DNA from: a virus
Taxonomy: Duplodnaviria; Heunggongvirae; Uroviricota; Caudoviricetes
Virus record (IMG/VR): IMGVR_UViG_3300017987_005500
Strand: one strand, 5' to 3'
DNA length: 64,000 bases
The first letter of the stretch is position 1. Every line of letters begins with the position of its first letter. Positions 46,967 to 55,962 of the stretch are shown piece by piece. The position numbers and the translations under genes were made by a program. The notes under the pieces were generated by a model. That model was not told the origin of the DNA. It saw only the letters and a list, made by a program, of their open reading frames with translations, and ran no database searches.

Positions 46967-47725
46967 TTATCCTAATGTTATGAATGTCTTATCAGGATCA
47001 AAATAAATAGTTGATGAAGTTGTTGCATAACCGAGAAATTGAACAACGTCCCCTTCATCAATCGGTTCAATATTAGTTATTTCTCCTGATATTACAGACA
47101 TATAAATATCATCACCTGGAGAGAATGACCATATATCATTTCGTATAAATCCTTTAACAAGAACATCTTTAACTCCTGTGCCAGTCTCAATAGCTAAATA
47201 CCGACAAGGAACTATTGAGGCAGTTGAATCGGCACAAGCTTCGATTAAATATCCTGAAGTTGAATCGATTGCCAAACAAGCTCCCAAACCAATTGTATTT
47301 TGGGTTACATTGAGATTTGTTTTAATTCCATTTGCTTGAAGATTATCAGGATTAGGTGACATCAACATATTACTAGATGTAAAATCTTCAACAACATAAG
47401 CTCCAGCGACTATAAATTCAATAACATCTGTGTCTAATAAGGACCCACCAAATGTAATTACAGTTGAGGTATTTTCTTCGTATTGTGTTTCATCGCTTGG
47501 AGTTGCATTAATCTCAGCTTTTTGCCCATTTACAAAGACCATTAAGGTATGAGTTCCAACAAAGTATTGTCCAGTTTTAAGACTATAGACTGTATTTGAG
47601 GAAGTTCCTTGTGACCCTAATTGCTTTTCATAAAGTTGTATTGCGGTATAAGCAGAGATGTCAGCATTCGTTTTAACTTTTTCTAAAAATTGAATTCCCG
47701 TATCTGTGTTTCTTATTAGTGACAT
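46967..47725 (-). CDS. Mosaic virion protein (LMVFVNGQ module plus cement-like module)
   Basis: C-terminal G.GACL...ETGTG.K.VL.KG.IRND.W...PG..IY.S...G...F.PD module shared with three neighbours. Confidence 0.65.
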   Translation of the reverse strand: MSLIRNTDTGIQFLEKVKTNADISAYTAIQLYEKQLGSQGTSSNTVYSLKTGQYFVGTHTLMVFVNGQKAEINATPSDETQYEENTSTVITFGGSLLDTDVIEFIVAGAYVVEDFTSSNMLMSPNPDNLQANGIKTNLNVTQNTIGLGACLAIDSTSGYLIEACADSTASIVPCRYLAIETGTGVKDVLVKGFIRNDIWSFSPGDDIYMSVISGEITNIEPIDEGDVVQFLGYATTSSTIYFDPDKTFITLG

Positions 47726-47743
47726 ATCTTTTTATCCTTTATA

Positions 47744-48175
47744 TTAAAGTCTCAACCATGTTTTATCTGGATCAAATAATAATGTATTTGAATTTATAGC
47801 AACTCCAATTACTTGAACAAGATCATCAGGATTTATAGGTTTTGTAGTTGTCAATAATCCCGGAGATGTGTTGCTTAAATATACTTCACTTCCCGGAGAT
47901 AATGTCCATACATCATTCCTAATAAGACCTTTCATCATAACTTCTTTGATTGATGTACCAGTCTCAATTGCTATATATGTGCAAATAACTAAAGATGTTG
48001 AATCAGCATTTGTTAATACAATATCTCCAGTACTATCGTAACCAAGACAAGCTCCAATACCTACTGAATTTTCAGATATATTCAATAATGTAGTATTCCC
48101 AGCAGCTTCAAGGTTCTCAAGTGATGAATTAAAATTAAATAAATTTGGTAAATTGGATGAGCTAAATTTTGCCAT
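47744..48175 (-). CDS. Stand-alone cement-like module protein
   Basis: Same module; start moved to MAKFSS at 48175 because of an AAGGA RBS and to avoid overlap. Confidence 0.6.
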   Translation of the reverse strand: MAKFSSSNLPNLFNFNSSLENLEAAGNTTLLNISENSVGIGACLGYDSTGDIVLTNADSTSLVICTYIAIETGTSIKEVMMKGLIRNDVWTLSPGSEVYLSNTSPGLLTTTKPINPDDLVQVIGVAINSNTLLFDPDKTWLRL

Positions 48176-48186
48176 TGGAATTTCCT

Positions 48187-49575
48187 TTATGCTAATGTAA
48201 TCCAAGTCTTATCAGGATTAAAACTTATTATATTACTTGTAAGAGCAAATCCCACAACTTGAATAGATTCTCCTGATAAAGAAGGTTGTGTTTGAGATAA
48301 CATTCCTGAAGTCGTACTTAAATAAATAAGTTGACCAGGAGTCCATGACCAAACATCATTTCTTAATAAACCTTTCATAAGGACATTCTTTGTGCCAGTT
48401 CCTGTTTCAAGTGCTAAGAATTGACATATCTCAAATGCAGTTGAATCAGTAATTGCTTCATATAGATCTCCTGAAGAATCCATATTAAGAGATGCACCAA
48501 CTCCAACTGAGTTTTCACTTACAGTTAATTGAATTGAATCTCCTGAATATTGAAGGTTTTCAAGATTTGTTGTAAATTCAAATACTTTTGGTTCAGGAAT
48601 TAATGTGACAGCTTCATCATCATAATTATAAAGAATTGCCCAACTTATAACTGACCCACTTCCTCCTCCAGTAAACTTAAGTCTTAAATCATTACCTGGA
48701 AATGAGAATTCATGTATTTGATTTAATGTGACAGCGTCCCAATTTGCTCCACCATTTGCTGAAGCTTGAATTGTTGGAGTTCCTGTATCTTCATAATCAA
48801 TGCTTATTAAACATTTATCAACAGTTGTCATTCCTGAAACAGAGTCAAATATATTAAGACTTTGCAATATCTCTCCTGCTGCAAAGTTATAAATCTTTTC
48901 ATCTTCATCATGAACCATATCTGTATTTATGATATCTATATAAGCAGTTGAATCAAAATTGTCATATGTTGAATTAAGGAAAGCAACACCGTCTAATAAA
49001 TCAGCATAAGTATCTCGAGATATTGTGGCATCTCCAGTTCCTCCACCTCCAACATTTGCTAAAATAGCTTGCTTAATTCTCTCAGAACTCCATAGAGTTG
49101 TAGCAGATTGAATTGAGTCATTCATCTCTCTATGGATTACAAGATTATTCATATGATTTAATAAGATATTTAAAACATCTTCTTGGATTTTATGAGCACT
49201 CCAAACTTGTGCTGTTGAGTCAGAGTAATCATCAATCAACCCGTCTATTTCAGCTCTAATTTCTTCAGAACTCCAAGTGAAAGAATCTGAAATAAGATTA
49301 TCATCAATGAGATCAGCAATTGAAGTTTTTGTTTTATGAGAACTCCAAACAAGAGCAGTTGAATCTGATGAATCATCAATTAAGAGTCCTGGATCAACAT
49401 AGGCATTTATCGTAACATCTCCAGTTCCTGAGTCAGCTCCATCATATGTGATGCTTATTCCAGTTCCTTCTAATATTCTTCGTACGAGAGCTCTTCCAGA
49501 GATCGTAGTATTTAAATCTTCTCTGAAAATAGTTCCGTCTTTTATTTGATTTCCTGTAAACTCTTGTCTTGGCAT
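48187..49575 (-). CDS. Mosaic virion/fibre protein
   Basis: QIKDGT N-module, four WS[SA].[KE] repeats, C-terminal cement-like module. Confidence 0.65.
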   Translation of the reverse strand: MPRQEFTGNQIKDGTIFREDLNTTISGRALVRRILEGTGISITYDGADSGTGDVTINAYVDPGLLIDDSSDSTALVWSSHKTKTSIADLIDDNLISDSFTWSSEEIRAEIDGLIDDYSDSTAQVWSAHKIQEDVLNILLNHMNNLVIHREMNDSIQSATTLWSSERIKQAILANVGGGGTGDATISRDTYADLLDGVAFLNSTYDNFDSTAYIDIINTDMVHDEDEKIYNFAAGEILQSLNIFDSVSGMTTVDKCLISIDYEDTGTPTIQASANGGANWDAVTLNQIHEFSFPGNDLRLKFTGGGSGSVISWAILYNYDDEAVTLIPEPKVFEFTTNLENLQYSGDSIQLTVSENSVGVGASLNMDSSGDLYEAITDSTAFEICQFLALETGTGTKNVLMKGLLRNDVWSWTPGQLIYLSTTSGMLSQTQPSLSGESIQVVGFALTSNIISFNPDKTWITLA

Positions 49576-49583
49576 ATTAACCT

Positions 49584-50210
49584 CTACGTTTGATGAGTTT
49601 GGTTTAATATATCTTCATGTGGTTGAAATGAATATAATTTGAGTAATTCAATTGCCACTTCGTTTATTTTAATTTTGTTCTTATTTTCTTTTATACTCCG
49701 ACGTCGTTTTCGGATCATTTTGTTTATAACACCTTTAAACCCAAGATCATCATTTTCATTGTTTGATTTAATTCCATTTTTTATTGATCTTAATATTTCA
49801 TTATCTTTTCTTATGTTTGCATTAAGATCTTTAATAATATCATTCTCATTTACAAAAAGGATCTTAATGTGATTGATAATATCACTATTTATCATGTTAC
49901 TTATTTTTTCTTGGGACATATAATTACGGAATGTATTTAATATTTTTATTTTTGCAGTTTCTTGGATTGTATCGGTGGGAGTACCCTTTTTATTTTCAAC
50001 AGGGTTTTCGGGGGAATCTTCTTTCTTTGATTTCTCTATTAAAATCTCATACCCTCTTGCTAAAGCAATAAAGATATTCGGATCAATATCTTTATGCTTA
50101 TCAGGATGAAACTCTTTAGCAATTCGTCTATATGACTCCTTTAAGTCTTCTTCAGTTGAATCCTTATCCACTCCAAATAATAGATAAAGGATTTCCATTA
50201 AATCGTCCAT
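49584..50210 (-). CDS. J-domain (DnaJ-like) protein
   Basis: LFGVDKDSTEEDLKESYRRIAKEFHPDK...ARGYEIL. Confidence 0.85.
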   Translation of the reverse strand: MDDLMEILYLLFGVDKDSTEEDLKESYRRIAKEFHPDKHKDIDPNIFIALARGYEILIEKSKKEDSPENPVENKKGTPTDTIQETAKIKILNTFRNYMSQEKISNMINSDIINHIKILFVNENDIIKDLNANIRKDNEILRSIKNGIKSNNENDDLGFKGVINKMIRKRRRSIKENKNKIKINEVAIELLKLYSFQPHEDILNQTHQT

Positions 50211-50236
50211 TCGCGATATCCTTTCTTATTGAAATA

Positions 50237-50273
50237 TGACGTTGCCCAATTTAATGGGAATTAGGCAACGTCA
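50237..50273 (-). terminator. Hairpin between 50297 and the J-domain gene
   Basis: TGACGTTGCC-N17-GGCAACGTCA. Confidence 0.55.
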
Positions 50274-50296
50274 TTATCTTCGTAGGATATGTTCAA

Positions 50297-50857
50297 TTAA
50301 ATACTTGGCCAACTTGCTGTAATTGCTTTAACTGCATTTATATCAGCAGCAGCATCTACATTTGCTTCTTCTGTATTACATACATCTCTTACTGAAACAA
50401 CGTCAGCATCTTTTTCAGTTTTATCGCCAGTGCCAACGATTCCAGCATTAATGTTAAGCTGAGTATATACTGGCCATTTTGCAATAATAATTGCATTTGC
50501 TTCAGCTTGAAGTTGTTCTTTTCTTAATGCTTTTGCTTCAGCTAAGGATAGACCATAAAAAGGATCATCAACTCGACTTTTTATGACATCAACATTACTG
50601 ATAAGTCCATCATATAAAGCATTAGGAATATCAGCATTTGTAATTGATGGATCTTCAGAGTCAATGAATATATTTCTTGAAGCATGTGGTTCATAGTCTA
50701 TATAAACTTTAGCTGTCAAGTCAACATTGAACTCTCCAATTGGACAATATTTTTCAAAATCAGTAAACGAACCAAAACCAACTTCGGTTCCTGCTTCATC
50801 TCTAATAACTACAAATTGCCCTTTTTCAACTAGAAACATTTTATCTGCATCTGCCAT
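50297..50857 (-). CDS. Putative tail-fibre assembly chaperone-like protein
   Basis: LAEAKALRKEQLQAEA...VDAAADINAVKAI helical C-terminus. Confidence 0.45.
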   Translation of the reverse strand: MADADKMFLVEKGQFVVIRDEAGTEVGFGSFTDFEKYCPIGEFNVDLTAKVYIDYEPHASRNIFIDSEDPSITNADIPNALYDGLISNVDVIKSRVDDPFYGLSLAEAKALRKEQLQAEANAIIIAKWPVYTQLNINAGIVGTGDKTEKDADVVSVRDVCNTEEANVDAAADINAVKAITASWPSI

Positions 50858-50906
50858 TTCTTTTTCCTCCTAAGGTTATTAAGTATTCATTGTTTAAATT
50901 ATTCAA

Positions 50907-51707
50907 TTACCCAATTGTTAGATCTGTAAAATCTGGGTTAAAATAAATCAATGTTGCGGTCACAGCATAACCAACTATCTGAACTCTATCATTTTCTGCT
51001 GATGGAGCTGTTTGAGTAAGTTCACCGGCAGTTGTTGAAACATAAAGTGGATCGCCTGGACTCCAAGACCAAGTATCATCTCTTGCAAAACCTTGAAGAA
51101 GAACTTGTTTCATTCCAGTTCCTGTTTCTGCAGCAAGGAAATGACATGGAATTACTGAAGTTGCATCAGCGTCTGCCATAATGAGATTTCCATCTGTGTC
51201 AATATGTAATGCTGCAGCAAATCCAACAGAGTTTTCATCAACTGTTAAATTAGTTACATTGCCTTGAACACTGAGATCAGCTGGAGAAGAGTTTATTGAA
51301 GTAACTCCTGAAGTTGCTGAAGTGTCAATTGACACATATGTTACGTCGATTTTCATTCCAGACTCTAAATCAACACTTGCGTCAATTGTCAATGTAGAAC
51401 CTGAGACTGTATAATCATTTGACCCGCCTTGACTCAATGCCATACCTTCTAAAGTCACAATGACTGAGGCAACTTCTGGCGCTGCGGTTAATGAATAAAT
51501 ACGGGTTGACCCATCTGAAGTGAATATTTCATTGTAATATACAACAGGTGGTAAAATATCATTTTTATCTTTAAACTCCATTGCGTCGCCAGCGTCATTT
51601 ACAACTGTAAGGAATCCTGCACTTGTGCCATACTCTACAGGAGTATCTGTAAGATCCAAAAATGTTGCATTAAGCTGCTGGGAACCACGAACTTTTGTTC
51701 TTGCCAT
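50907..51707 (-). CDS. Mosaic virion protein
   Basis: MART.VRGSQQLNA N-module, EIFTSDGS module, cement-like C-module. Confidence 0.65.
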   Translation of the reverse strand: MARTKVRGSQQLNATFLDLTDTPVEYGTSAGFLTVVNDAGDAMEFKDKNDILPPVVYYNEIFTSDGSTRIYSLTAAPEVASVIVTLEGMALSQGGSNDYTVSGSTLTIDASVDLESGMKIDVTYVSIDTSATSGVTSINSSPADLSVQGNVTNLTVDENSVGFAAALHIDTDGNLIMADADATSVIPCHFLAAETGTGMKQVLLQGFARDDTWSWSPGDPLYVSTTAGELTQTAPSAENDRVQIVGYAVTATLIYFNPDFTDLTIG

Positions 51708-51725
51708 TGTAATTCTCCTTATAAT

Positions 51726-52418
51726 TTATGCTGGGAATATTAACCAACCCCAAGCTGATCCTGAATAAACTAACCTAAAACCAGCGTTGTTTACGTCAAT
51801 TGTCATATTTTCATCCAATCTCATTATCTTTTCTCCATTCCTATTTACCACAGGTAATTGTGTGGCAAAATCTCCAGGTCCGTCTAAGAAATATACTTCA
51901 TCACTTAGACTTGGAGAAACAGGTAATTCAATTTCAAGACTTGACGTAGCGTCAATGATCATTCGATCACCATTTACTGCAGTATAATCTTCATCAACAG
52001 TAAACCAATTCCTAAGTCCCGGTGTTGCAATTCCATCTGACGTTACATAGCTCACGTCAATTTTCATTCCAGACTCTAAGTCAACACTTGCGTCAATCGT
52101 CAATGTTGTGCCTGAGACTGTATAATCATTCGAAGCACCAATACTTAATGCCATACCTTCTAAAGTAATAATGATAGAGCTTGCATTTGGCGTATTTGAT
52201 AAAGTGTAAACTCTTTGACTTCCATCTGAGGTAAATATTTCATTTACCCAAGAGACGGGAGGAAGAATTACATCTTTGTCAACAAATTCAATTCCGTCAG
52301 TTGTTGACTTAACTCTGACTAAATAATCACCAGAACCTGTATAGGACGACGGGGTATCATTAAGATCGATTAGGTCAGCATTTAATTGTTGTGAACCTCT
52401 AACCCTTGTCCTTGCCAT
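51726..52418 (-). CDS. Mosaic virion protein (N-half a recent duplicate of 50907..51707)
   Basis: Near-identical TLEGMALS.G.SNDYTVSG.TLTIDASVDLESGMKIDV; different C-module. Confidence 0.65.
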   Translation of the reverse strand: MARTRVRGSQQLNADLIDLNDTPSSYTGSGDYLVRVKSTTDGIEFVDKDVILPPVSWVNEIFTSDGSQRVYTLSNTPNASSIIITLEGMALSIGASNDYTVSGTTLTIDASVDLESGMKIDVSYVTSDGIATPGLRNWFTVDEDYTAVNGDRMIIDATSSLEIELPVSPSLSDEVYFLDGPGDFATQLPVVNRNGEKIMRLDENMTIDVNNAGFRLVYSGSAWGWLIFPA

Positions 52419-52518
52419 AGGTTTTCTCCTATTAGATATGTAATTACATACTTTTAACTGCTAAAATCAAAAAGGTAATGTAGTAATACATTTAATATGT
52501 GTAACGATAATCTGTAAA

Positions 52519-52554
52519 ATGTAGATGGGAAAAAATTAATCTTCCCATCTACAT
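52519..52554 (-). terminator. Terminator hairpin after 52570..55119
   Basis: ATGTAGATGGGAA-N10-TTCCCATCTACAT. Confidence 0.65.
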
Positions 52555-52569
52555 ATTTAAGGTTAAAGA

Positions 52570-55119
52570 TTAAGCACTAATATATCTGACTTTTAATCTG
52601 TCGCCAGCAATTGGTGCATCAACCATTGTGATTGAAGTACCAGATATTGTATAATCTTCTCCGCCTGGTTCTTGAAGAACACCATTGAGGAATAATTCTT
52701 CAGTGTCACTTGATGGAGTATTTGCCAGAGTAAAGCTTGTGTTCACTCCATTAATTGTTCCGCTCGGAGTTTCTCTGATTACAAGAGTGTGTCCAACAAC
52801 ACTTGTGCCATCATTATAAAGAATTTCTCCAGAGTCAAGAGCAACTTCCATCTCATTTCCACTTAAGCGAATTCCACCATTGGCAACAAGATCTGCTCTA
52901 AAGTCATCGCCAACTCTTTCAACACCCAGACTTCCAGTCAATGTGGAAGCTCCAGAACTTGCAATTGTCACAGTTCCTGAAGTTGAATCAGTTGTGATTG
53001 TAATATCTTGTCCAGCAGCAAATGTCAATGCGTCAGCAAGTCCATCAGCAACAATGTCATCTTGCCCAGCAACAGAAACTGTCTTAAAGATATCAACATC
53101 TGCGATTAACTCATTACCGTCAAGAGCAATACCTCCACTTGCTTTAATGTCTGCTCTAATATCATCGCCAACTCTTTCACAACCTAAGCTTGCAGTGATA
53201 TTATCTCCGCCAAGAGCATTAATTGTCAATGCTCCGGTTGTTGAGTCAGTTGTCATTGAAATATCATTTCCAGCAACAAATGTCAGAGTGTCTTGCCCAT
53301 CAGCAACAAGATTATCTTGCCCAGCAACAGCAACTGTGCTATATGCATTTACATTACCCAATCCTGTTTCAAGTGCCACAAGAGCGCTTTGAACATCATT
53401 TTCGCCCTCAATTGTCACGGTAGTTGGGATTGCCAATGCATTAACTTGATCGCCTGAAGTTCCCCAGTCAATCATATTTGTGTCAACACCATCAACGTCA
53501 ATTCCAATTCCAGCAGTTGAATCAATTATCAATCCGCCTTCTGAATTTGTATTGATTGCAATGTCTCCGCCAACAATTTCAAGACCTTTGCTTGTATCAA
53601 TAATGTCAGCAGCTTCAACTCGTACTTCATTTCCAGTTAAAGCAATACCGCCATTTGCAAGAATGTCAAGTCTGAAATCATTTGTAACTCTTTCAACACC
53701 AAGACTTGCTGTCAATGTTGAAGAACCTGAGCTATTAATTGTCAGAGCACCTGAAGTTGAATCAGTTGTGATTGCAATGTCAGTTCCAGCAACAAATGTC
53801 AATGTATCAGTATTTCCATCAGCAACAAGATCATCTTGTCCAGCAACACTCACAGTCTTGAAAATATCAAGATTTGTTGTGTCAGTTTCAAGAGCTACAA
53901 GAGCTGCTTGAACGTCAGTTTGTCCAGAGACTGAAGTTGTTAAAGGAATATCTGCAGCATTTACTTGATTTGCTCCAGTACCGAAATCAATTAGAGTATC
54001 ATCAATTCCATCTGTGGCAATTACAACAGCTCCAGTTGTTACAGTGAAGTGATTACTGCTAAATGAAGCAATACCCTTTGTGGAAGATGTGGCATCAATA
54101 TAAATACCTGAAGATAATTGAGCAGCAGCAACTCTTTCATATGAAGTTCCATCAGGAACGTCATCAAGAGAAACTTGCCCAGCGCCAGTACCCCAGTCAA
54201 TATGACTTGAGTCAATACCATCTGCAGCAACTGTGACATCTCCAGAAGTTAATGAGAATACATTTCCATCAAATGAGGCAATACCCTTTGAAGAAGTTGT
54301 TGCATCAATATAAATACCTGAAGATAATTGACTTGCAGCAACTCTTTCATATGAAGAACCATCAGGAACATCGTCAAGGTCAACTTGAGTTGCTCCATTA
54401 CCCCAATCAATCATGGATTCTTTAATGCCATCTTCAGCAACATAAATCTGATTTCCAGATTTCTCAAGACCAGGACCTGCTGTGATTTGACCAGCGCCTG
54501 TGAATTGAACCCAAGCTGTGCCATCATCATTGTAAGTCCAACCTGTATCTTCATCAACTTCATAAGACTCTTGTCTCATAAGGCGAGCTTCATTTACAGC
54601 TGGATCTGTGCTTGTCCAAGCGCCAGTATCCCAATCATAAACTTTATTGTCATGAACATAAGTTCCTGAACTTCCTGAAGTATCAGTACCTGATTTACCA
54701 AATACAAAAAGGTCTTGATCAACAAGAGTTATTTCTTGCCAAGCTGTACCATCATGTTGATAAAGTTTATCATCGTTTGTATTAATACAAACTTCAAGTT
54801 GTGCGGCACTTCCACTTGGAGCGCCAGCATCTGTTTTTACATATTGAATCATGAATCTTGCAGGTTCTTTCCAAAACAAACCTGTTACTAAATTATCGAC
54901 ATAAGACTTTCTTGCAGCGTCAGTTCCAAGAATTGGAGCGGCAAGATTAGTAATCTTTTGATTACCCCAATCAATGTCAACAGTTGGTGAGTTAAACCCA
55001 TCTGTTGCTAAAGGAACGTGTTCAAGTTTTGTGAACTCAATTCCTGCAGTTGTGTCTACGTGTCGATTAAGTAAGGTAAGATCCTTAATCTGTACACCAC
55101 GAATCTTTGTAATAGACAT
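52570..55119 (-). CDS. Long tail-fibre protein with internal repeats
   Basis: DAARKSYVD fibre motif; two ~70-aa IDWG...LDDVPDG.SYERVAA repeats; three TV.VAGQD..VADG..LTF.AG repeats. Confidence 0.75.
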   Translation of the reverse strand: MSITKIRGVQIKDLTLLNRHVDTTAGIEFTKLEHVPLATDGFNSPTVDIDWGNQKITNLAAPILGTDAARKSYVDNLVTGLFWKEPARFMIQYVKTDAGAPSGSAAQLEVCINTNDDKLYQHDGTAWQEITLVDQDLFVFGKSGTDTSGSSGTYVHDNKVYDWDTGAWTSTDPAVNEARLMRQESYEVDEDTGWTYNDDGTAWVQFTGAGQITAGPGLEKSGNQIYVAEDGIKESMIDWGNGATQVDLDDVPDGSSYERVAASQLSSGIYIDATTSSKGIASFDGNVFSLTSGDVTVAADGIDSSHIDWGTGAGQVSLDDVPDGTSYERVAAAQLSSGIYIDATSSTKGIASFSSNHFTVTTGAVVIATDGIDDTLIDFGTGANQVNAADIPLTTSVSGQTDVQAALVALETDTTNLDIFKTVSVAGQDDLVADGNTDTLTFVAGTDIAITTDSTSGALTINSSGSSTLTASLGVERVTNDFRLDILANGGIALTGNEVRVEAADIIDTSKGLEIVGGDIAINTNSEGGLIIDSTAGIGIDVDGVDTNMIDWGTSGDQVNALAIPTTVTIEGENDVQSALVALETGLGNVNAYSTVAVAGQDNLVADGQDTLTFVAGNDISMTTDSTTGALTINALGGDNITASLGCERVGDDIRADIKASGGIALDGNELIADVDIFKTVSVAGQDDIVADGLADALTFAAGQDITITTDSTSGTVTIASSGASTLTGSLGVERVGDDFRADLVANGGIRLSGNEMEVALDSGEILYNDGTSVVGHTLVIRETPSGTINGVNTSFTLANTPSSDTEELFLNGVLQEPGGEDYTISGTSITMVDAPIAGDRLKVRYISA

Positions 55120-55188
55120 GTGTAATTTCCTCCTACGAAGTCTCTTGTTTAATTACCTTCTCTAACACTAATCAATTTGTATAAATGT

Positions 55189-55944
55189 TTAACTATTCAG
55201 ACTTCGATTCAATTCGTACCAGACCGACCCATCATAAATAAGTTGAATAGTATCTCCCGCAGCTCCCAAAAAGTCAGTAGCTCCTTGAAGTTTAATATTC
55301 GCATTATGTTTAAGAGTTGTCAGTCCATTCGAGAATATAATATTTTTCACGTCATCAGCTCTACATTGTGTAAAGTTAACAATCTCTACATCAATTCCAG
55401 CAGTTGCAGTCTTCCATGTTCTGTAGCCAGATAAGTCGGGTGAATTACCATTATCAGGCATAATACCTATATTTCTGGTTGAGGGATTTCCTGTATAAGC
55501 AAAAACGTAATTGTCTCCAAATACTTCTTTTCCCAATTGACTTAAATTATTTTCGAGATCTGTAATATCTTTAGCAGCACCGCCAGTTCCTCCGCCAGCA
55601 AAGACTGAAGAATAATTAGCACTTGTAACTCTGAATCTTACAATATCTCCAATTGAAATATAAGCTGGGATAAATCTTATTGAGTAATTTGTATACTCTT
55701 CATATTCACCATATAATTGCCCATCAATCCACTCAGTTGCTCTAATATATTGACCATTTAAATAAACCTCTAATTGGTTATCGCCTATCTCATACCTAAA
55801 TCCTGTTTCAATAATTCGGGTTGAAACGTGTGATGCATTTATAACAACGACTGAATCTGCAAGAATTCCAGTAGGTCTTAAAAAGTCAGCTTCAGTAGGT
55901 TGTTTTCTATAAACATTATTATTAATTTCAATCAGTTTAGGCAT
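55189..55944 (-). CDS. Virion structural protein
   Basis: LEVYLNGQ module; C-terminal NIKLQGATDF..I.LIYDG..W.E..R module shared with 55963..58638. Confidence 0.6.
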   Translation of the reverse strand: MPKLIEINNNVYRKQPTEADFLRPTGILADSVVVINASHVSTRIIETGFRYEIGDNQLEVYLNGQYIRATEWIDGQLYGEYEEYTNYSIRFIPAYISIGDIVRFRVTSANYSSVFAGGGTGGAAKDITDLENNLSQLGKEVFGDNYVFAYTGNPSTRNIGIMPDNGNSPDLSGYRTWKTATAGIDVEIVNFTQCRADDVKNIIFSNGLTTLKHNANIKLQGATDFLGAAGDTIQLIYDGSVWYELNRSLNS

Positions 55945-55962
55945 ATCTCTTGATCTCCTTAC

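Noticed and set aside
52880-53911. Plus-strand ORFs 52880..53392 and 53480..53911
   Set aside because: Antisense shadows of the low-complexity tail fibre; no RBS or recognisable domain.
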